A DNA stretch of 59,242 bases from a virus (lineage: Duplodnaviria; Caudoviricetes): the IMG/VR virus record IMGVR_UViG_3300036398_002697, positions 1 through 59,242 of that record, one strand, 5' to 3'. Within the stretch, counting starts at the first letter, position 1, and the number at the start of each line of letters is the position of its first letter. The notes below the pieces were generated by a model that made no database searches, had not been told where the DNA came from, and was given only the letters and a program-made list of their open reading frames with translations. Shown here piece after piece: positions 1-10,969 of this stretch. The position numbers were made by a program, and so were the translations under genes.

Positions 1-2
1 TT

Positions 3-638
3 GATACTATTCTTGACGGAGATTCCGAAAAGAAAAGTTTAGGATCAATGGCAAATGTTTGGAAATCTTTGCTTGAGATTGATTCAACATTAAACATTGG
101 ACTTTCTCCGATTGATGTTGGTCAAGCACTTGTCTATGTTGATAAACCAGCAGCGCGAAGATATTCGAAAGCAAACTTGAATCTTGTGCAGCACAAAGCA
201 AAGATTTTTGAATCAAAAGTTCATCATCTCATCTATCTAAATGAGATGTCTATTCATGATTTTATTCCAGCACTAGATGGTATTATCACTGCGGATATAT
301 GTCCTGGGAAATCAGTGAATAAAGATTTACTTAAATATGTTGATTATCTCTTTATTTCTGATGAAGATATTGATGATGATTTATCTGATTATGTGAAGGC
401 AACAAAAGGATATGTAGTGCTCCATAGTTCGTCAGGAAGCGTTGTATCAAATGGAGAGAATGAGTTCTTCTATAAACTACCAGAAGAACTTATGCTTAAG
501 GGAGTGAACGTTCTTGGTGCTGGTGACACATTCGCTTCTTGCTTATTATATAAATTACTAAGGAATGTGGGAGACATCCATAACTGGATTGAATTTGCTC
601 ATTTAAAGACAACTGAAATTATTAGGAATTCAATATGA
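3..638 (+). CDS. PfkB/ribokinase-family carbohydrate kinase, 5'-truncated by the window edge
   Basis: C-terminal VNVLGAGDTF matches the PfkB DTxGAGD motif. The frame is open upstream of ATG 48 to the window start (DTILDGDSEKKSLGSMANV). Confidence 0.7.
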   Translation, partial: DTILDGDSEKKSLGSMANVWKSLLEIDSTLNIGLSPIDVGQALVYVDKPAARRYSKANLNLVQHKAKIFESKVHHLIYLNEMSIHDFIPALDGIITADICPGKSVNKDLLKYVDYLFISDEDIDDDLSDYVKATKGYVVLHSSSGSVVSNGENEFFYKLPEELMLKGVNVLGAGDTFASCLLYKLLRNVGDIHNWIEFAHLKTTEIIRNSI

Positions 639-1792
639 AACCAAATGTTCTTGTTCCGATGGCGGGACTTGGTAGTAGATTTATTAAAGAAGGATTTAAA
701 GTACCGAAGCAACTTATCAATATTAAAGATAAGCATCTCATTGATATTTCTCTTGATTGTCTTAATTACGAAGATTGTAACTTAATCTTTGTAGTTAGAG
801 ACGAAACTGTCTATAATTTTCATATTGATGAACTACTAAAGAAAAAGTTTGGTGATGATATCAAGATTGTGATTCTTGATAAACTTACTGATGGATCTGT
901 ATGTAGTTGTTTATATGCTGAAGATTATATTGATAACGATGCACCTCTTGTGATTCATACTTTGGATATTGAATTCCGCCCAGTATTTGATCCTCATACA
1001 ATCAATGATTTGGATGCAGATGGACTTCTTTTGACATTCAAATCAAACTCTGCAAACTATAGTTATGCTGATGTTGATGAATCTGGATATGTGAAGAGAA
1101 CTGCTGAGAAAAAAGCAATCAGTTCTAATGCATGTGTTGGAATCTATGGATTCAAAAAAGGTTCTGACTTCTGCAGTTATGCACGAGAAATGATTGCAAA
1201 GGATATCAGAACTAAAAACGAGTTCTATATTGCACCTTTGTACAATCTTCTCATTGATGATGGTAAGAAGATTGTTACTTCAGATGTAGATAAGATGCAT
1301 GTCTTTGGAACTCCTGATGAGTTTCACTTCTATAAGGAGAATGTAATCCGTAAGATTGGTGATAAACCTATTGCAATTTGCTCAGATCATTCTGGATTTG
1401 AAGCAAAGGAAGAGTTCAAACATATTCTTGAAAAGCATAATCTTGAATATATTGATTTTGGAACTATTCTTAATAAGGATTGTGACTATAGTGACTACAT
1501 TGCACAAGCAGTTAAAGCAATTGCTGAGCGTGATTGTGATTATGGATTTGGTTTCTGTCGCACGGGACAGGGTGTAAACATCTGCGCGAACAAATACAAA
1601 GGTATTCGTTCGGCACTTATCTATGATGACTTCTCTATGGAAATGGCCATTCGTCATAATTGTGCAAACTTCTTTGCTATTCCTGCGAAGGATTATACTG
1701 TTGAGAAGTTAGACAAGTACCTAGAACTATGCTCAACTCATAGTTTTGATGGTGGTCGGCATCAAGTTCGCATTCAGGAGTTAGAAAAGTGA
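635..1792 (+). CDS. Sugar nucleotidyltransferase fused to ribose-5-phosphate isomerase B
   Basis: The N-terminal PMAGLGSRF..PKQL is an NTP-transferase motif. The C-terminal SDHSG, DFGT, CRTGQGVNICANK.KGIRSAL, HNCAN and FDGGRH are RpiB/LacAB signatures. Confidence 0.85.
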   Translation: MKPNVLVPMAGLGSRFIKEGFKVPKQLINIKDKHLIDISLDCLNYEDCNLIFVVRDETVYNFHIDELLKKKFGDDIKIVILDKLTDGSVCSCLYAEDYIDNDAPLVIHTLDIEFRPVFDPHTINDLDADGLLLTFKSNSANYSYADVDESGYVKRTAEKKAISSNACVGIYGFKKGSDFCSYAREMIAKDIRTKNEFYIAPLYNLLIDDGKKIVTSDVDKMHVFGTPDEFHFYKENVIRKIGDKPIAICSDHSGFEAKEEFKHILEKHNLEYIDFGTILNKDCDYSDYIAQAVKAIAERDCDYGFGFCRTGQGVNICANKYKGIRSALIYDDFSMEMAIRHNCANFFAIPAKDYTVEKLDKYLELCSTHSFDGGRHQVRIQELEK

Positions 1793-2109
1793 TTCAAGCA
1801 AATATTACTGACTTTAAAGCAGGATGGTTTGTTGGTGATTTTGAACCATCTATTTTTAAGAATCCATTCTTTGAAGTAGCACATCATAAGCATAAAAAGG
1901 GATGCAAAACTTTTCCTCATACTCATAAGGTTACCAATGAGTTAAACTACATTGTCTCTGGTGATCTTAAAGTTAATGGTAAATTTATGTCTACAGGTGA
2001 TATGTGGATTTATGAACCAAATGAAGTATCAGATGTGGAGTTTCTTGAAGATTCTGAATTGATCATTGTTAGATGGCCATCTATTCCTTCAGATAAGTAC
2101 ATGGTATGA
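1789..2109 (+). CDS. Cupin-domain protein
   Basis: HTHKVTNELNYIVSG cupin metal motif. The GTG start overlaps the upstream stop. Confidence 0.7.
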   Translation: MIQANITDFKAGWFVGDFEPSIFKNPFFEVAHHKHKKGCKTFPHTHKVTNELNYIVSGDLKVNGKFMSTGDMWIYEPNEVSDVEFLEDSELIIVRWPSIPSDKYMV

Positions 2110-2558
2110 AACTGATAGCACATAGAGGTAATACCACAGGACCTAATCCTTTAGAGGAAAATAAACCAGAATATATTGAGAGTGCAATCTCAGAAGGTTA
2201 TGATTCTGAGATTGATTTGTGGTATAAAGACAATTCTTTCTACCTAGGACATGATGAACCTCAGTATGAAATTAGTGCTCTATGGTTATACAAAAATAAA
2301 GAATCTTTATGGATTCATTGTAAAAACTACGACGCTCTTGAAAAAATATCAAACTCACCTGTAGATTATAATTTCTTCTGGCACGAAACAGATAAGTTTA
2401 CTCTCACAAGTAAAGGATATATCTGGACTTATCCTGGACAATCAGTAGGATGCAATTCTGTAGTAGTGATGCCAGAAACTACTAAAGATGGTATAATAAA
2501 TGTAAGTAACTATGAATGCTATGCTGTTTGTAGTGATTATGTGAGAGAAATAAAATGA
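2106..2558 (+). CDS. Short GDPD/PI-PLC-like phosphodiesterase
   Basis: LIAHRGN, EN, EIDLW, LGHD and WIHCKN motifs. Confidence 0.7.
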   Translation: MKLIAHRGNTTGPNPLEENKPEYIESAISEGYDSEIDLWYKDNSFYLGHDEPQYEISALWLYKNKESLWIHCKNYDALEKISNSPVDYNFFWHETDKFTLTSKGYIWTYPGQSVGCNSVVVMPETTKDGIINVSNYECYAVCSDYVREIK

Positions 2559-3295
2559 AAGTAGCATTATGTTTATCTGGTCAACCTAGAGTTGTTGATG
2601 TTGGATTTCATAAATTAAATCAGGCAATTCTTCAACACAACGATGTTGATGTATTCATTCATACTTGGTTTGATTCAGAAAATCTCAGCACTAATTCAGT
2701 TATACCTGGAAGAGAATCTCATAGATTAGATCCTCAAGCAATTGATAAACTTGTTCATTATTATCAACCAAAAAGAATAATGGTTGAGAAACCGAAGAAA
2801 TGGACAAGAAGATATGAATTTCCTGATAAGGTATTCACTCATTCTCATACATGGGCACTTGAAGTTCCTTCTGGATTAGAAGTAGCAAAGGATTATATTT
2901 GCGATACTACGAATAGTATGTTCTATAGTATTATGATTGCAAACCTTTTGAAAGAGCAGTATTCAGTAGAAACTGGCACTGAATATGATTTAGTAATTAG
3001 AAATAGAATTGACTACTCACCTCATGTAGTGTTAAAATTGGATGAGGTATCTGTAAATGATGATACATTAATATATCAAGATCTATACCAACCTGATGGT
3101 ATGATTAGTGATTGGTTTGGTATGGGTTCAACAAATACAATGAATGTATTCTGTGGTGTCTATAATCAAATAGGACAACTCATTCGACAATCAAATGAGA
3201 TTGATGGATATTGGTGTAATGAACTTCTTCTAAAACACCATATTGCAAATAACAAAATCAAAACAAATCCCGTAGATTATCAAGTTCATTACTAA
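2555..3295 (+). CDS. Putative glycosyltransferase (ALCLSGQPR family)
   Basis: [28 protein letters not shown] pattern typical of polysaccharide loci; gene context. Confidence 0.55.
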   Translation: MKVALCLSGQPRVVDVGFHKLNQAILQHNDVDVFIHTWFDSENLSTNSVIPGRESHRLDPQAIDKLVHYYQPKRIMVEKPKKWTRRYEFPDKVFTHSHTWALEVPSGLEVAKDYICDTTNSMFYSIMIANLLKEQYSVETGTEYDLVIRNRIDYSPHVVLKLDEVSVNDDTLIYQDLYQPDGMISDWFGMGSTNTMNVFCGVYNQIGQLIRQSNEIDGYWCNELLLKHHIANNKIKTNPVDYQVHY

Positions 3296-3296
3296 T

Positions 3297-4322
3297 ATGA
3301 AAAAAGCACTTATCACTGGTATTACTGGGCAAGATGGATCTTATCTTGCGGATCTCCTTTTAGGTAAAGGATATGAAGTTCATGGAATCATTCGTAGGAA
3401 TTCTACATCTGATTGTACAGATAGAATTAACTATCTTCTAGGAAATCCTAAGATTACATTGCATTATGGAGATCTAACTGACTTCTCTAACATCACCTCT
3501 ATCATTCAAGAAACACGTCCTGATGAGATTTATAATCTTGCAGCACAAAGTCATGTAAAAGTATCCTTCTCAAATGCACTCTATACTGCTGATGTAGATG
3601 CTCTTGGGGTGTGTCGCATTCTTGAAGCAATTAGAATTCTTGGATTGATTAATACAACTAAGTTTTATCAAGCAAGCACATCAGAAATGTATGGACTTGT
3701 TCAAGCAATTCCTCAAAGAGAAGATACAAAGTTTCATCCACGCTCTCCTTATGGCGTAGCAAAACTATATGCACACTGGATCACGAAAAACTATCGTGAA
3801 GCATATGGTTTATTTGGATGCAGTGGTATTCTTTTTAATCATGAAAGTCCTCGTCGTGGAGAAACTTTTGTGACGCGCAAGATTACCAAAACTCTTGCAG
3901 AGATTAAAAACGGTAAGCGCACTGCTCCACTTGAACTTGGTAATATGGATGCAAAACGTGATTGGGGTCATGCAAAGGACTATGTTGAAGCAATGTGGTT
4001 AATGCTTCAGAACGAAGAACCTGATGATTATGTCGTTGCCATGGGCGAGCAGCACTCTGTCCGCGAGTTTGTAAATATTGCATGTAATCATTTTGGATTT
4101 GATATTGAATGGTCTGGTAAGGGCGTAGAAGAAGTCGCAACTATCAAAGATACTGGCGAAGTTTTGGTTAAGGTTAATCCTGAATTTTATCGTCCTGCGG
4201 AAGTAGATTCTCTAGTTGGAGATCCTACTTATACTAGAGAAAGAATTGGATGGAAACCTAAGTATTCTTTTGCGGATCTTGTAAAAGAAATGTGTGATAG
4301 TGATCTGGAGGCAACAAAGTGA
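3297..4322 (+). CDS. gmd: GDP-mannose 4,6-dehydratase
   Basis: [49 protein letters not shown] and RDWGHAKDY motifs. Confidence 0.97.
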   Translation: MKKALITGITGQDGSYLADLLLGKGYEVHGIIRRNSTSDCTDRINYLLGNPKITLHYGDLTDFSNITSIIQETRPDEIYNLAAQSHVKVSFSNALYTADVDALGVCRILEAIRILGLINTTKFYQASTSEMYGLVQAIPQREDTKFHPRSPYGVAKLYAHWITKNYREAYGLFGCSGILFNHESPRRGETFVTRKITKTLAEIKNGKRTAPLELGNMDAKRDWGHAKDYVEAMWLMLQNEEPDDYVVAMGEQHSVREFVNIACNHFGFDIEWSGKGVEEVATIKDTGEVLVKVNPEFYRPAEVDSLVGDPTYTRERIGWKPKYSFADLVKEMCDSDLEATK

Positions 4323-5254
4323 AAAATAAGATTGTATTTTGGGTAGAGAATAAACCATATCAAACCTTTTCTTACATCTATGCTGGAATGAAGAAAGCAT
4401 TTGAAAGGTTGGGATGTGAAGTTTATTGGTTTAGTGATCAATCTTTTCCTTCACAATCTGAATTTGATTATTCAAACTGCATTTTCTTTGTAGATAATCA
4501 AGGACCTCTTGATTATAATGTGCCTATTGTTAATACTGGAATCTATTTTGCATATGATAAATTTACCAATGTTAACAAATATCTTGATAAAGTTAGATGT
4601 TTGGTAAATTATCGAGTCGCAGAGTTTAAGAAACCTATTCCAGATGATGATCGTTATGTTGAGATTGAAAAGGGCGTAACTTTTGATACTCAAGCACCAG
4701 AACCTTATAACGTTGTTTACTTTAGTTGGGCAACAAATTTAATGCCTGAAGAAATTGATTTGGACTGGGTAAACAAAGAACGCAATAATGAATATAACTT
4801 CGTAGGAACTATTCATGCTCCTAGATCAAATGCAGAACCACTTCATCAACAATTCATTGAGATTGTAAAGAATAAAGGTATTCCATTTAATCATTATGAT
4901 CCAAATATAAATCCTGCAACAGATGAAGAGCATGTGAATATTCTGCAGAGATCAATGTTTGTTCCTGACTTCAGACCACAAGAACAAAAAGACAATTGGT
5001 ATCTTCCTTGCAGAGTTCTAAAAGCAATTAGTTATGGATGTCTTGCAGTTTCTGATGCACCATACCTAAAGCACTTTATTGATGACAGCATTCTTACTTC
5101 AGAAAATGCTCAGGAAATTTTTGATCTTGGTATGGAAAATCAAAACAATAAAGAACTCATCCTTCATCAAATGGAAATTGTAAAGAGAGATCATACATAT
5201 TTGAATCGTTGTAGAGGTATTCTTAAAATCGTAGAACAGGTTAGATGTCAATGA
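4319..5254 (+). CDS. Putative glycosyltransferase (GT-B, CgeB-like)
   Basis: [17 protein letters not shown] and C-terminal HTYLNR motifs; island context. Confidence 0.55.
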   Translation: MKNKIVFWVENKPYQTFSYIYAGMKKAFERLGCEVYWFSDQSFPSQSEFDYSNCIFFVDNQGPLDYNVPIVNTGIYFAYDKFTNVNKYLDKVRCLVNYRVAEFKKPIPDDDRYVEIEKGVTFDTQAPEPYNVVYFSWATNLMPEEIDLDWVNKERNNEYNFVGTIHAPRSNAEPLHQQFIEIVKNKGIPFNHYDPNINPATDEEHVNILQRSMFVPDFRPQEQKDNWYLPCRVLKAISYGCLAVSDAPYLKHFIDDSILTSENAQEIFDLGMENQNNKELILHQMEIVKRDHTYLNRCRGILKIVEQVRCQ

Positions 5255-6186
5255 TATTTGTAACTGGTGGCGCTGGATTTATTGGAAGTAACTTTGTTCA
5301 TTTTTTAACAGAAAGAACGGATGAAGAAATAGTTGTTGTTGATAGGTTTAGTTATGCAGCAGACATGATGAATTTATATCCACTTTCACAACATAATATT
5401 GCAAGAGTGGATATTAGTAATCTAGAAAATCTTAGAGATCTGTTTGAAAGATATAAACCTTCAAAAATTTTTCATTTTGCTGCAGAAAGTCATGTTGATA
5501 ACTCAATTAAAGATGTTACACCTTTCATTGAATCAAACGTTATTGGAACAGTAAATCTTCTTCGTCTTTCTGTTGATTATGGAGTGGAGATGTTTCATCA
5601 CATTTCTACAGACGAAGTTTATGGATCACTTGGATATGATGATTCTTCTTTCACAGAAAAAACACCATATGATCCACAAAATCCATACTCTGCATCAAAA
5701 GCAGCAAGTGATCATTTTGTGATGGCATTTCACAACACATATGGACTTCCAGTTAAGATTACAAACTGCTCCAATAACTATGGTCCAAGACAAAACGTAG
5801 AGAAACTTATTCCTAAGACAATCACAAATATTTTGAAAGGAAATAGAATTCCTGTTTATGGTAAAGGAGAAAATATTCGTGATTGGATTTATGTTGAGGA
5901 TCATTGTGAAGCAATTTACGAAGTTTTTAATCATGGAAGAGTAGGTGAAAAGTATAATATTGGCGGAGAGTGTGAAGTCAAAAATATTGATCTAGTTAAA
6001 ACACTTTTAAATCTTCTTAATGCATCAGAAGAATTGATTGAATATGTTCAAGATCGTCCAGGACATGACTTGCGATATTCGATTGACAATGCTAAGATAC
6101 AATCAGAACTAGGTTGGACACCAAAGTATTCGCTGGAAAGTGGATTAGAAAAAACTATTAAATGGTATAGGAATGATAGGTTTTAA
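5245..6186 (+). CDS. rfbB: dTDP-glucose 4,6-dehydratase
   Basis: VTGGAGFIGSNF, FAAESHVD, ISTDEVYG, PYSASKA, SNNYGP, RDWIYVEDH and DRPGHDLRY motifs. Confidence 0.95.
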   Translation: MSMIFVTGGAGFIGSNFVHFLTERTDEEIVVVDRFSYAADMMNLYPLSQHNIARVDISNLENLRDLFERYKPSKIFHFAAESHVDNSIKDVTPFIESNVIGTVNLLRLSVDYGVEMFHHISTDEVYGSLGYDDSSFTEKTPYDPQNPYSASKAASDHFVMAFHNTYGLPVKITNCSNNYGPRQNVEKLIPKTITNILKGNRIPVYGKGENIRDWIYVEDHCEAIYEVFNHGRVGEKYNIGGECEVKNIDLVKTLLNLLNASEELIEYVQDRPGHDLRYSIDNAKIQSELGWTPKYSLESGLEKTIKWYRNDRF

Positions 6187-6994
6187 TTATCTTGGTAAAA
6201 TGGGTCAACTGGGAAATCAAATGTTCCAGTATGCATCTCTTCGTGGAATTGCAAAAAATCTTGGGTATAATTTCTGCATTCCATATCACAATGAAGTAGT
6301 TTCTGATGGACTAGGTAATAAATTGAGGATTGAATTATTCGATCCTTTTGTAATGTCAAATGTTACTCAACTCAATATTCAAACCATTGACCAAGACAGA
6401 CCGACTGTTGTAGAAGAAGGATTTGCCTTTGATAAAAATATCTTTGATGAATGTCCAGATTGGGTAAATCTTCAAGGATATTTTCAAACTGAAAAATATT
6501 TTAAAAATATTGAAGATGAAATTCGTCAGGACTTCACCTTTAAAAATGAAATCTCTCTTCTTTGTAAACATAAAATGAGTGAAGTTGATAGACCTGTTGC
6601 ACTTCATATTCGTCGTGGTGATTTTCTAATCAACTCTGCAAATCATAATAATCTTGGACTTGATTATTATGAGGCATCTTTGGAAAAGTTTGATAGCAAT
6701 AGAACAGTCATAATCTTTTCCGATGATCCTGAATGGTGCAAAGAACAATCTCTATTTGAAGATGATAGGTTCTTGGTTTCAGAAGGAAATGATAGTTATA
6801 CTGATCTATGTCTAATGAGTTTGTGTGCAGATTTTATTATTGCTAACTCAACTTTCTCTTGGTGGGGCGCATGGTTATCTAAGAGCGTAAACAAGGTAGT
6901 GTGTGCTCCTGATCCAAAGAAATGGTTTGGTTCTAACAATGCACATCTCGACACAAGTGATTTGATTCCTGAGGAATGGACTATCGTTAAATGA
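6173..6994 (+). CDS. Alpha-1,2-fucosyltransferase, GT11 family
   Basis: GQLGNQMFQYA, GYFQ, HIRRGDF, FSDDPEWC and IIANSTFSWWGAWL motifs. Confidence 0.92.
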   Translation: MIGFNYLGKMGQLGNQMFQYASLRGIAKNLGYNFCIPYHNEVVSDGLGNKLRIELFDPFVMSNVTQLNIQTIDQDRPTVVEEGFAFDKNIFDECPDWVNLQGYFQTEKYFKNIEDEIRQDFTFKNEISLLCKHKMSEVDRPVALHIRRGDFLINSANHNNLGLDYYEASLEKFDSNRTVIIFSDDPEWCKEQSLFEDDRFLVSEGNDSYTDLCLMSLCADFIIANSTFSWWGAWLSKSVNKVVCAPDPKKWFGSNNAHLDTSDLIPEEWTIVK

Positions 6995-7776
6995 TTTACG
7001 TTACAGGTGCTAATGGATTAATCGGATCAAGATTTTTAGAAATTTATGATGGAGAAGTCACTACAATTTCTTACAGAGATGAAGTTGTTGATGTCTTTGA
7101 ATCTCATGAAAATTCTTGCTTGATTCATCTTGCATGGTCTTCTACAACTAGAAATACCTATGATGAATTTAAAAAAGTTATTAAAAATGATGTAACTAAT
7201 AGCAAAACTTTATTTGACTACTATGTAAAGAAGAATCCAAATGGAAAGGTTATATTCATTTCCTCTGCTGGAGATTTGCATCTTGGCCACAATAGAACTG
7301 TTTGGGAACAGCATGAACCATCACCACACTCTTTATATGGAGAGTGTAAACTTCATGTAGAAAATATGCTAAAGGAACTTTCATGTAAAACCGTTGTGCT
7401 TAGAACTTCTAATGTTTGGGGAGCAAATGTTAGTGACAGCAGAGTAAATGGTTTAGTTGATAAACTTATTAATTCATTGAACACTGATAGAGTAATTGAA
7501 ATTTTTGCAGATCTAAAAACAAGAGTAGATTTAATTCATATTGATGACTTTGTTGATCTACTCATCAAAGTTGTTGATAAAAATTTAGAAAACCAACACG
7601 AATTGTTTCTGGTTGGAAGACAATCTTTGTCAATATGTGATATAATAGATATAGTATCAAAACGTGGATCTTTAAATCTTAGAATCAATCAAAAAGCAGA
7701 AAAGACGTATTTGCATATTGAAAATTCTAAAGTTAGAAGAACTTTTGATTGGCAACCAAATCATATTTTAAAATGA
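6991..7776 (+). CDS. NAD-dependent epimerase/reductase (extended SDR)
   Basis: VTGANGLIG Rossmann motif, YGECK (YxxxK) and DLIHIDD. Confidence 0.8.
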   Translation: MIYVTGANGLIGSRFLEIYDGEVTTISYRDEVVDVFESHENSCLIHLAWSSTTRNTYDEFKKVIKNDVTNSKTLFDYYVKKNPNGKVIFISSAGDLHLGHNRTVWEQHEPSPHSLYGECKLHVENMLKELSCKTVVLRTSNVWGANVSDSRVNGLVDKLINSLNTDRVIEIFADLKTRVDLIHIDDFVDLLIKVVDKNLENQHELFLVGRQSLSICDIIDIVSKRGSLNLRINQKAEKTYLHIENSKVRRTFDWQPNHILK

Positions 7777-8504
7777 AAATTGCAGTTACATTTTGGGGAA
7801 CTCAAAAATATATTGAGTTTCTTCCTCAGTGGTATGAAAGATTGGAAAAGTATTTTATTCCTGAAGTAGAAAAAAAATACTTTGTTTTTACTGATGGAGA
7901 TCTTGAAGGATCTCCAGATAATATTGTGAAGATGAAAATTCCTCACTATGGATTTCCAACAACTTATCATAAGACATTTGAAGAAATGTTAAAATTGAAG
8001 CATAAAGTTTCTGATTGTGATTGGTTGATATCTGTTGATGCTGATCTTTATGCATGGGAAGAAATTGAATATTCCGATTTCTTTGATGATGCTAAGAAGT
8101 ACATTGGTGTCCATCATCCTTGCCACAAAATTGGATTTCAACCACACAATCAATATCCAGGATCATACGACATAAATCCATTGTCAAATGCTTGCATTGA
8201 TGATAGTATTATGGATATGTCCGTGTATTATCAAGGATGTTTATGGGGAGGAAAAGTTCCTTTTATCTTTGACATGATAGAACAAATTGATCTTTGGACT
8301 AAAAAGGATGTTGATAATAATGTCTCTGCAAGATATTATGAAGAGAGTTATATGAACAAGTGGTTTCTAACTCATCGTGATGAAACACATACACTTGCTC
8401 CTGACTATGCTTTTCCAGAAATGTTCGAACAGTATTGTGAATTCCCCAAGAAAATGGTTCACCTTGCAAAAGATAATAAAGCATTAGAAAATAATCAGTG
8501 GTAA
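7773..8504 (+). CDS. GT6-family glycosyltransferase (ABO-like)
   Basis: YFVFTD, DAD, HHP, YYQGCLWGG and EESYMNKWF motifs. The start is reassigned to ATG 7773 (ATGA overlap with the upstream stop). Confidence 0.85.
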   Translation: MKIAVTFWGTQKYIEFLPQWYERLEKYFIPEVEKKYFVFTDGDLEGSPDNIVKMKIPHYGFPTTYHKTFEEMLKLKHKVSDCDWLISVDADLYAWEEIEYSDFFDDAKKYIGVHHPCHKIGFQPHNQYPGSYDINPLSNACIDDSIMDMSVYYQGCLWGGKVPFIFDMIEQIDLWTKKDVDNNVSARYYEESYMNKWFLTHRDETHTLAPDYAFPEMFEQYCEFPKKMVHLAKDNKALENNQW

Positions 8505-8508
8505 TTTT

Positions 8509-9273
8509 ATGAGAGTAAATGTTTACTATCACATTTGGTCTCCTGCAGATACTGATCTGTGGAAGATCATGGTTGATGAACAAATTAAAAGATTATATCG
8601 TTCAGGACTTACTGAAGTAGCAACTGTGAAGTGTGCTATTAATGGAGCACAAGCATCTAGAATCAAAGAGTTTGTTTCTCTCTATGATTGGATTAATATT
8701 GTGGATTGTAGAGATAGTGATGAAGAGTATGAAGGTTTTACTCTTAAACATCTCTACGAAGATTGCGTAAATGAACGAGCACACAAAGTGATGTACTTTC
8801 ATACAAAAGGAATTAGTCATTTTTGTGGTGTGAGAGACGTTTATTCTGATCGTAGAGTGCGAGCAATAAATAGTTGGAGACACCTCATGGAATGGGGTTG
8901 TATTGATAAATGGAAAGAAAATCTTGATAGGTTAGATACCTATCAGGTTACAGGAGTTAATTACTGTTTAGATCCATGGCCACATATGAGTGGTAATTTT
9001 TGGTGGGCGAGAGCAGATTATATTTCAACTCTTCAACATCCAACTAAACAAGCATTCAATCGTGAAAAAGAAGATTTTGGTCCTATTGAAAGAATGAATT
9101 TTGAAAAGTGGGTCGGTATGAAAGATCCATCAGTATTCAGTTTTTATAATCCTCCATTTAGTTACGACTTTAAGGATATGGTGCCTGATGTGCAACCTAC
9201 TCCTCCAGGTGAACCACATTGGTTCTGGTTATATCGTGACGACATTCATCCACACTATCTGAAAGAATCATGA
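8509..9273 (+). CDS. Putative glycosyltransferase-like protein
   Basis: YEGFTL, YFHTKG and SGNFWWA motifs recur in glycan-locus proteins; context. Confidence 0.5.
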   Translation: MRVNVYYHIWSPADTDLWKIMVDEQIKRLYRSGLTEVATVKCAINGAQASRIKEFVSLYDWINIVDCRDSDEEYEGFTLKHLYEDCVNERAHKVMYFHTKGISHFCGVRDVYSDRRVRAINSWRHLMEWGCIDKWKENLDRLDTYQVTGVNYCLDPWPHMSGNFWWARADYISTLQHPTKQAFNREKEDFGPIERMNFEKWVGMKDPSVFSFYNPPFSYDFKDMVPDVQPTPPGEPHWFWLYRDDIHPHYLKES

Positions 9274-9998
9274 CTGTAAAATTTGGATGTTTTCATACCG
9301 TATATGAAAACAAAAAAGCAACTGAGTTTGTACTACAAGAATTTAGAAAGTATCATCCAGATGCACCATACACTATCTGTTGTGATGGTGGTGTGGATTA
9401 TTCTGACTTGTGTGAAAAATATAACGTCAACTATGTTCATTCTTATATGAGAATTGGGCGTAGAAATTCTGGTCATCCATCAGGAGTATATGGATTCACT
9501 AAGGATGAGAGTTTACATTGGATTCATATGTTTAGAGAGGCTGCTAGACATGTGAAAGCAAATGGTGGAACTCACATGATTATGATGGAGGACGATGTTC
9601 TCACTCAGGGTGAAGTAAAGATCAATCCTATCTGGGAGTGTGCGGGATTTGAAGTTCCTGGAAATACAATAGCACCAGCACTTTTAGATTTCATTCGTGA
9701 TAAGTACGGTGCAAATCCAAATGTAGATTGGTATGGAGCGGGTGGGGGTAGCATTTATAATATTGAGACCTTCCTTAATAATTACCACAAAATCTATGAC
9801 TTTATTGATTTTGATTTTGAGAATATTCTAAGCAATATGGATTATCGATTTGGATGGTTAGATCTTTACATGCAGATTGCATATTTTGTAATCGGCAAGC
9901 ATTATTCAATTAATACTAATCTCACTGAAGTATGGAAAACACCTAATTTCCGCGAAAGTGATTTCACTCTTGTTCATGCATATAAGGAATTGTACTGA
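9270..9998 (+). CDS. Putative GT-A-fold glycosyltransferase
   Basis: CDGG and MMEDDV motifs; coupled to neighbouring genes. Confidence 0.5.
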   Translation: MTVKFGCFHTVYENKKATEFVLQEFRKYHPDAPYTICCDGGVDYSDLCEKYNVNYVHSYMRIGRRNSGHPSGVYGFTKDESLHWIHMFREAARHVKANGGTHMIMMEDDVLTQGEVKINPIWECAGFEVPGNTIAPALLDFIRDKYGANPNVDWYGAGGGSIYNIETFLNNYHKIYDFIDFDFENILSNMDYRFGWLDLYMQIAYFVIGKHYSINTNLTEVWKTPNFRESDFTLVHAYKELY

Positions 9999-10969
9999 TG
10001 AAAATTGGATTTATTGGACCTGGTATTATGCCCATTCCGCCTGATGGATGGGGTGCTGTTGAATCTCTAATTTGGGAGATTGCTTGTGAACTTGGTGAGA
10101 AAGGTCATGAAGGAATGATCATTAATGTTCCTGATCTCAATGAAATTGTAAAGACCGTTCAAGAAAATGACTTTGATTTTATTCATCTCTTCTATGATGT
10201 TTTTCATCCAGTGATGGATGCTATTAAACAAGTATCACCAAAATCTGTAACTGCGATTAGTAGTGCATATCCTTATGTTGATCAGTTTGAATTTCATCAG
10301 AGAGACGGATATACTGCTACTTACAACTGGTTAGTGAATCAGAAGGATCACTATAATTTCTGTCTCTCTGATAAAGATCTTGAAACTTATAAGAATGGTG
10401 GTGCTGATACTTCTAAACTTCTTCGCTTAGGTCTTGGTGCTCAGCACAAGAACTTCAAGTTCAATGTTGAATGTGAGAAACCAGATAAAACTCTGTACAT
10501 GGCAAAGATTGAAGTCAGAAAGCGTCAGTGGATTTATCAATCAATTGATAGTATTGAATTCGTTGGTCGTTATTCTCCAACTACCACGTTTGATCGTCTT
10601 CATAAGAGTTATATTGGTGAATGGACCACTGAAGAAAAGCATGAAAATGTAACCAAATATGCAAACTTAATGCTTCTCTCCGATGGCGAAAATGGAACAC
10701 CACTGGTAATCAAAGAGGCATTAGTTTCTGGTATTGGTATTGTGTGCTCCAAGTATGCTGCATATGATCTTGATGTTTCTCTTCCTTTCATTACTATCAT
10801 TCCTGACGATAAACTGAATGATCTTGAATATGTAGAGAATGCAATCAAAGAAAATAGAGAAGTTTCTGTTGGTATGCGCGAAGAAATTCGTGAGTATGGT
10901 GTAAAGAATTTCTCATGGGAGAATATCGTCAATCAATATGAAAAGGACATTCTTGAAATTCTAAAATGA
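9998..10969 (+). CDS. GT4-like glycosyltransferase
   Basis: PIPPDGWGAVES N-terminus; EX7E motif ENGTPLVIKE. Confidence 0.75.
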   Translation: MKIGFIGPGIMPIPPDGWGAVESLIWEIACELGEKGHEGMIINVPDLNEIVKTVQENDFDFIHLFYDVFHPVMDAIKQVSPKSVTAISSAYPYVDQFEFHQRDGYTATYNWLVNQKDHYNFCLSDKDLETYKNGGADTSKLLRLGLGAQHKNFKFNVECEKPDKTLYMAKIEVRKRQWIYQSIDSIEFVGRYSPTTTFDRLHKSYIGEWTTEEKHENVTKYANLMLLSDGENGTPLVIKEALVSGIGIVCSKYAAYDLDVSLPFITIIPDDKLNDLEYVENAIKENREVSVGMREEIREYGVKNFSWENIVNQYEKDILEILK

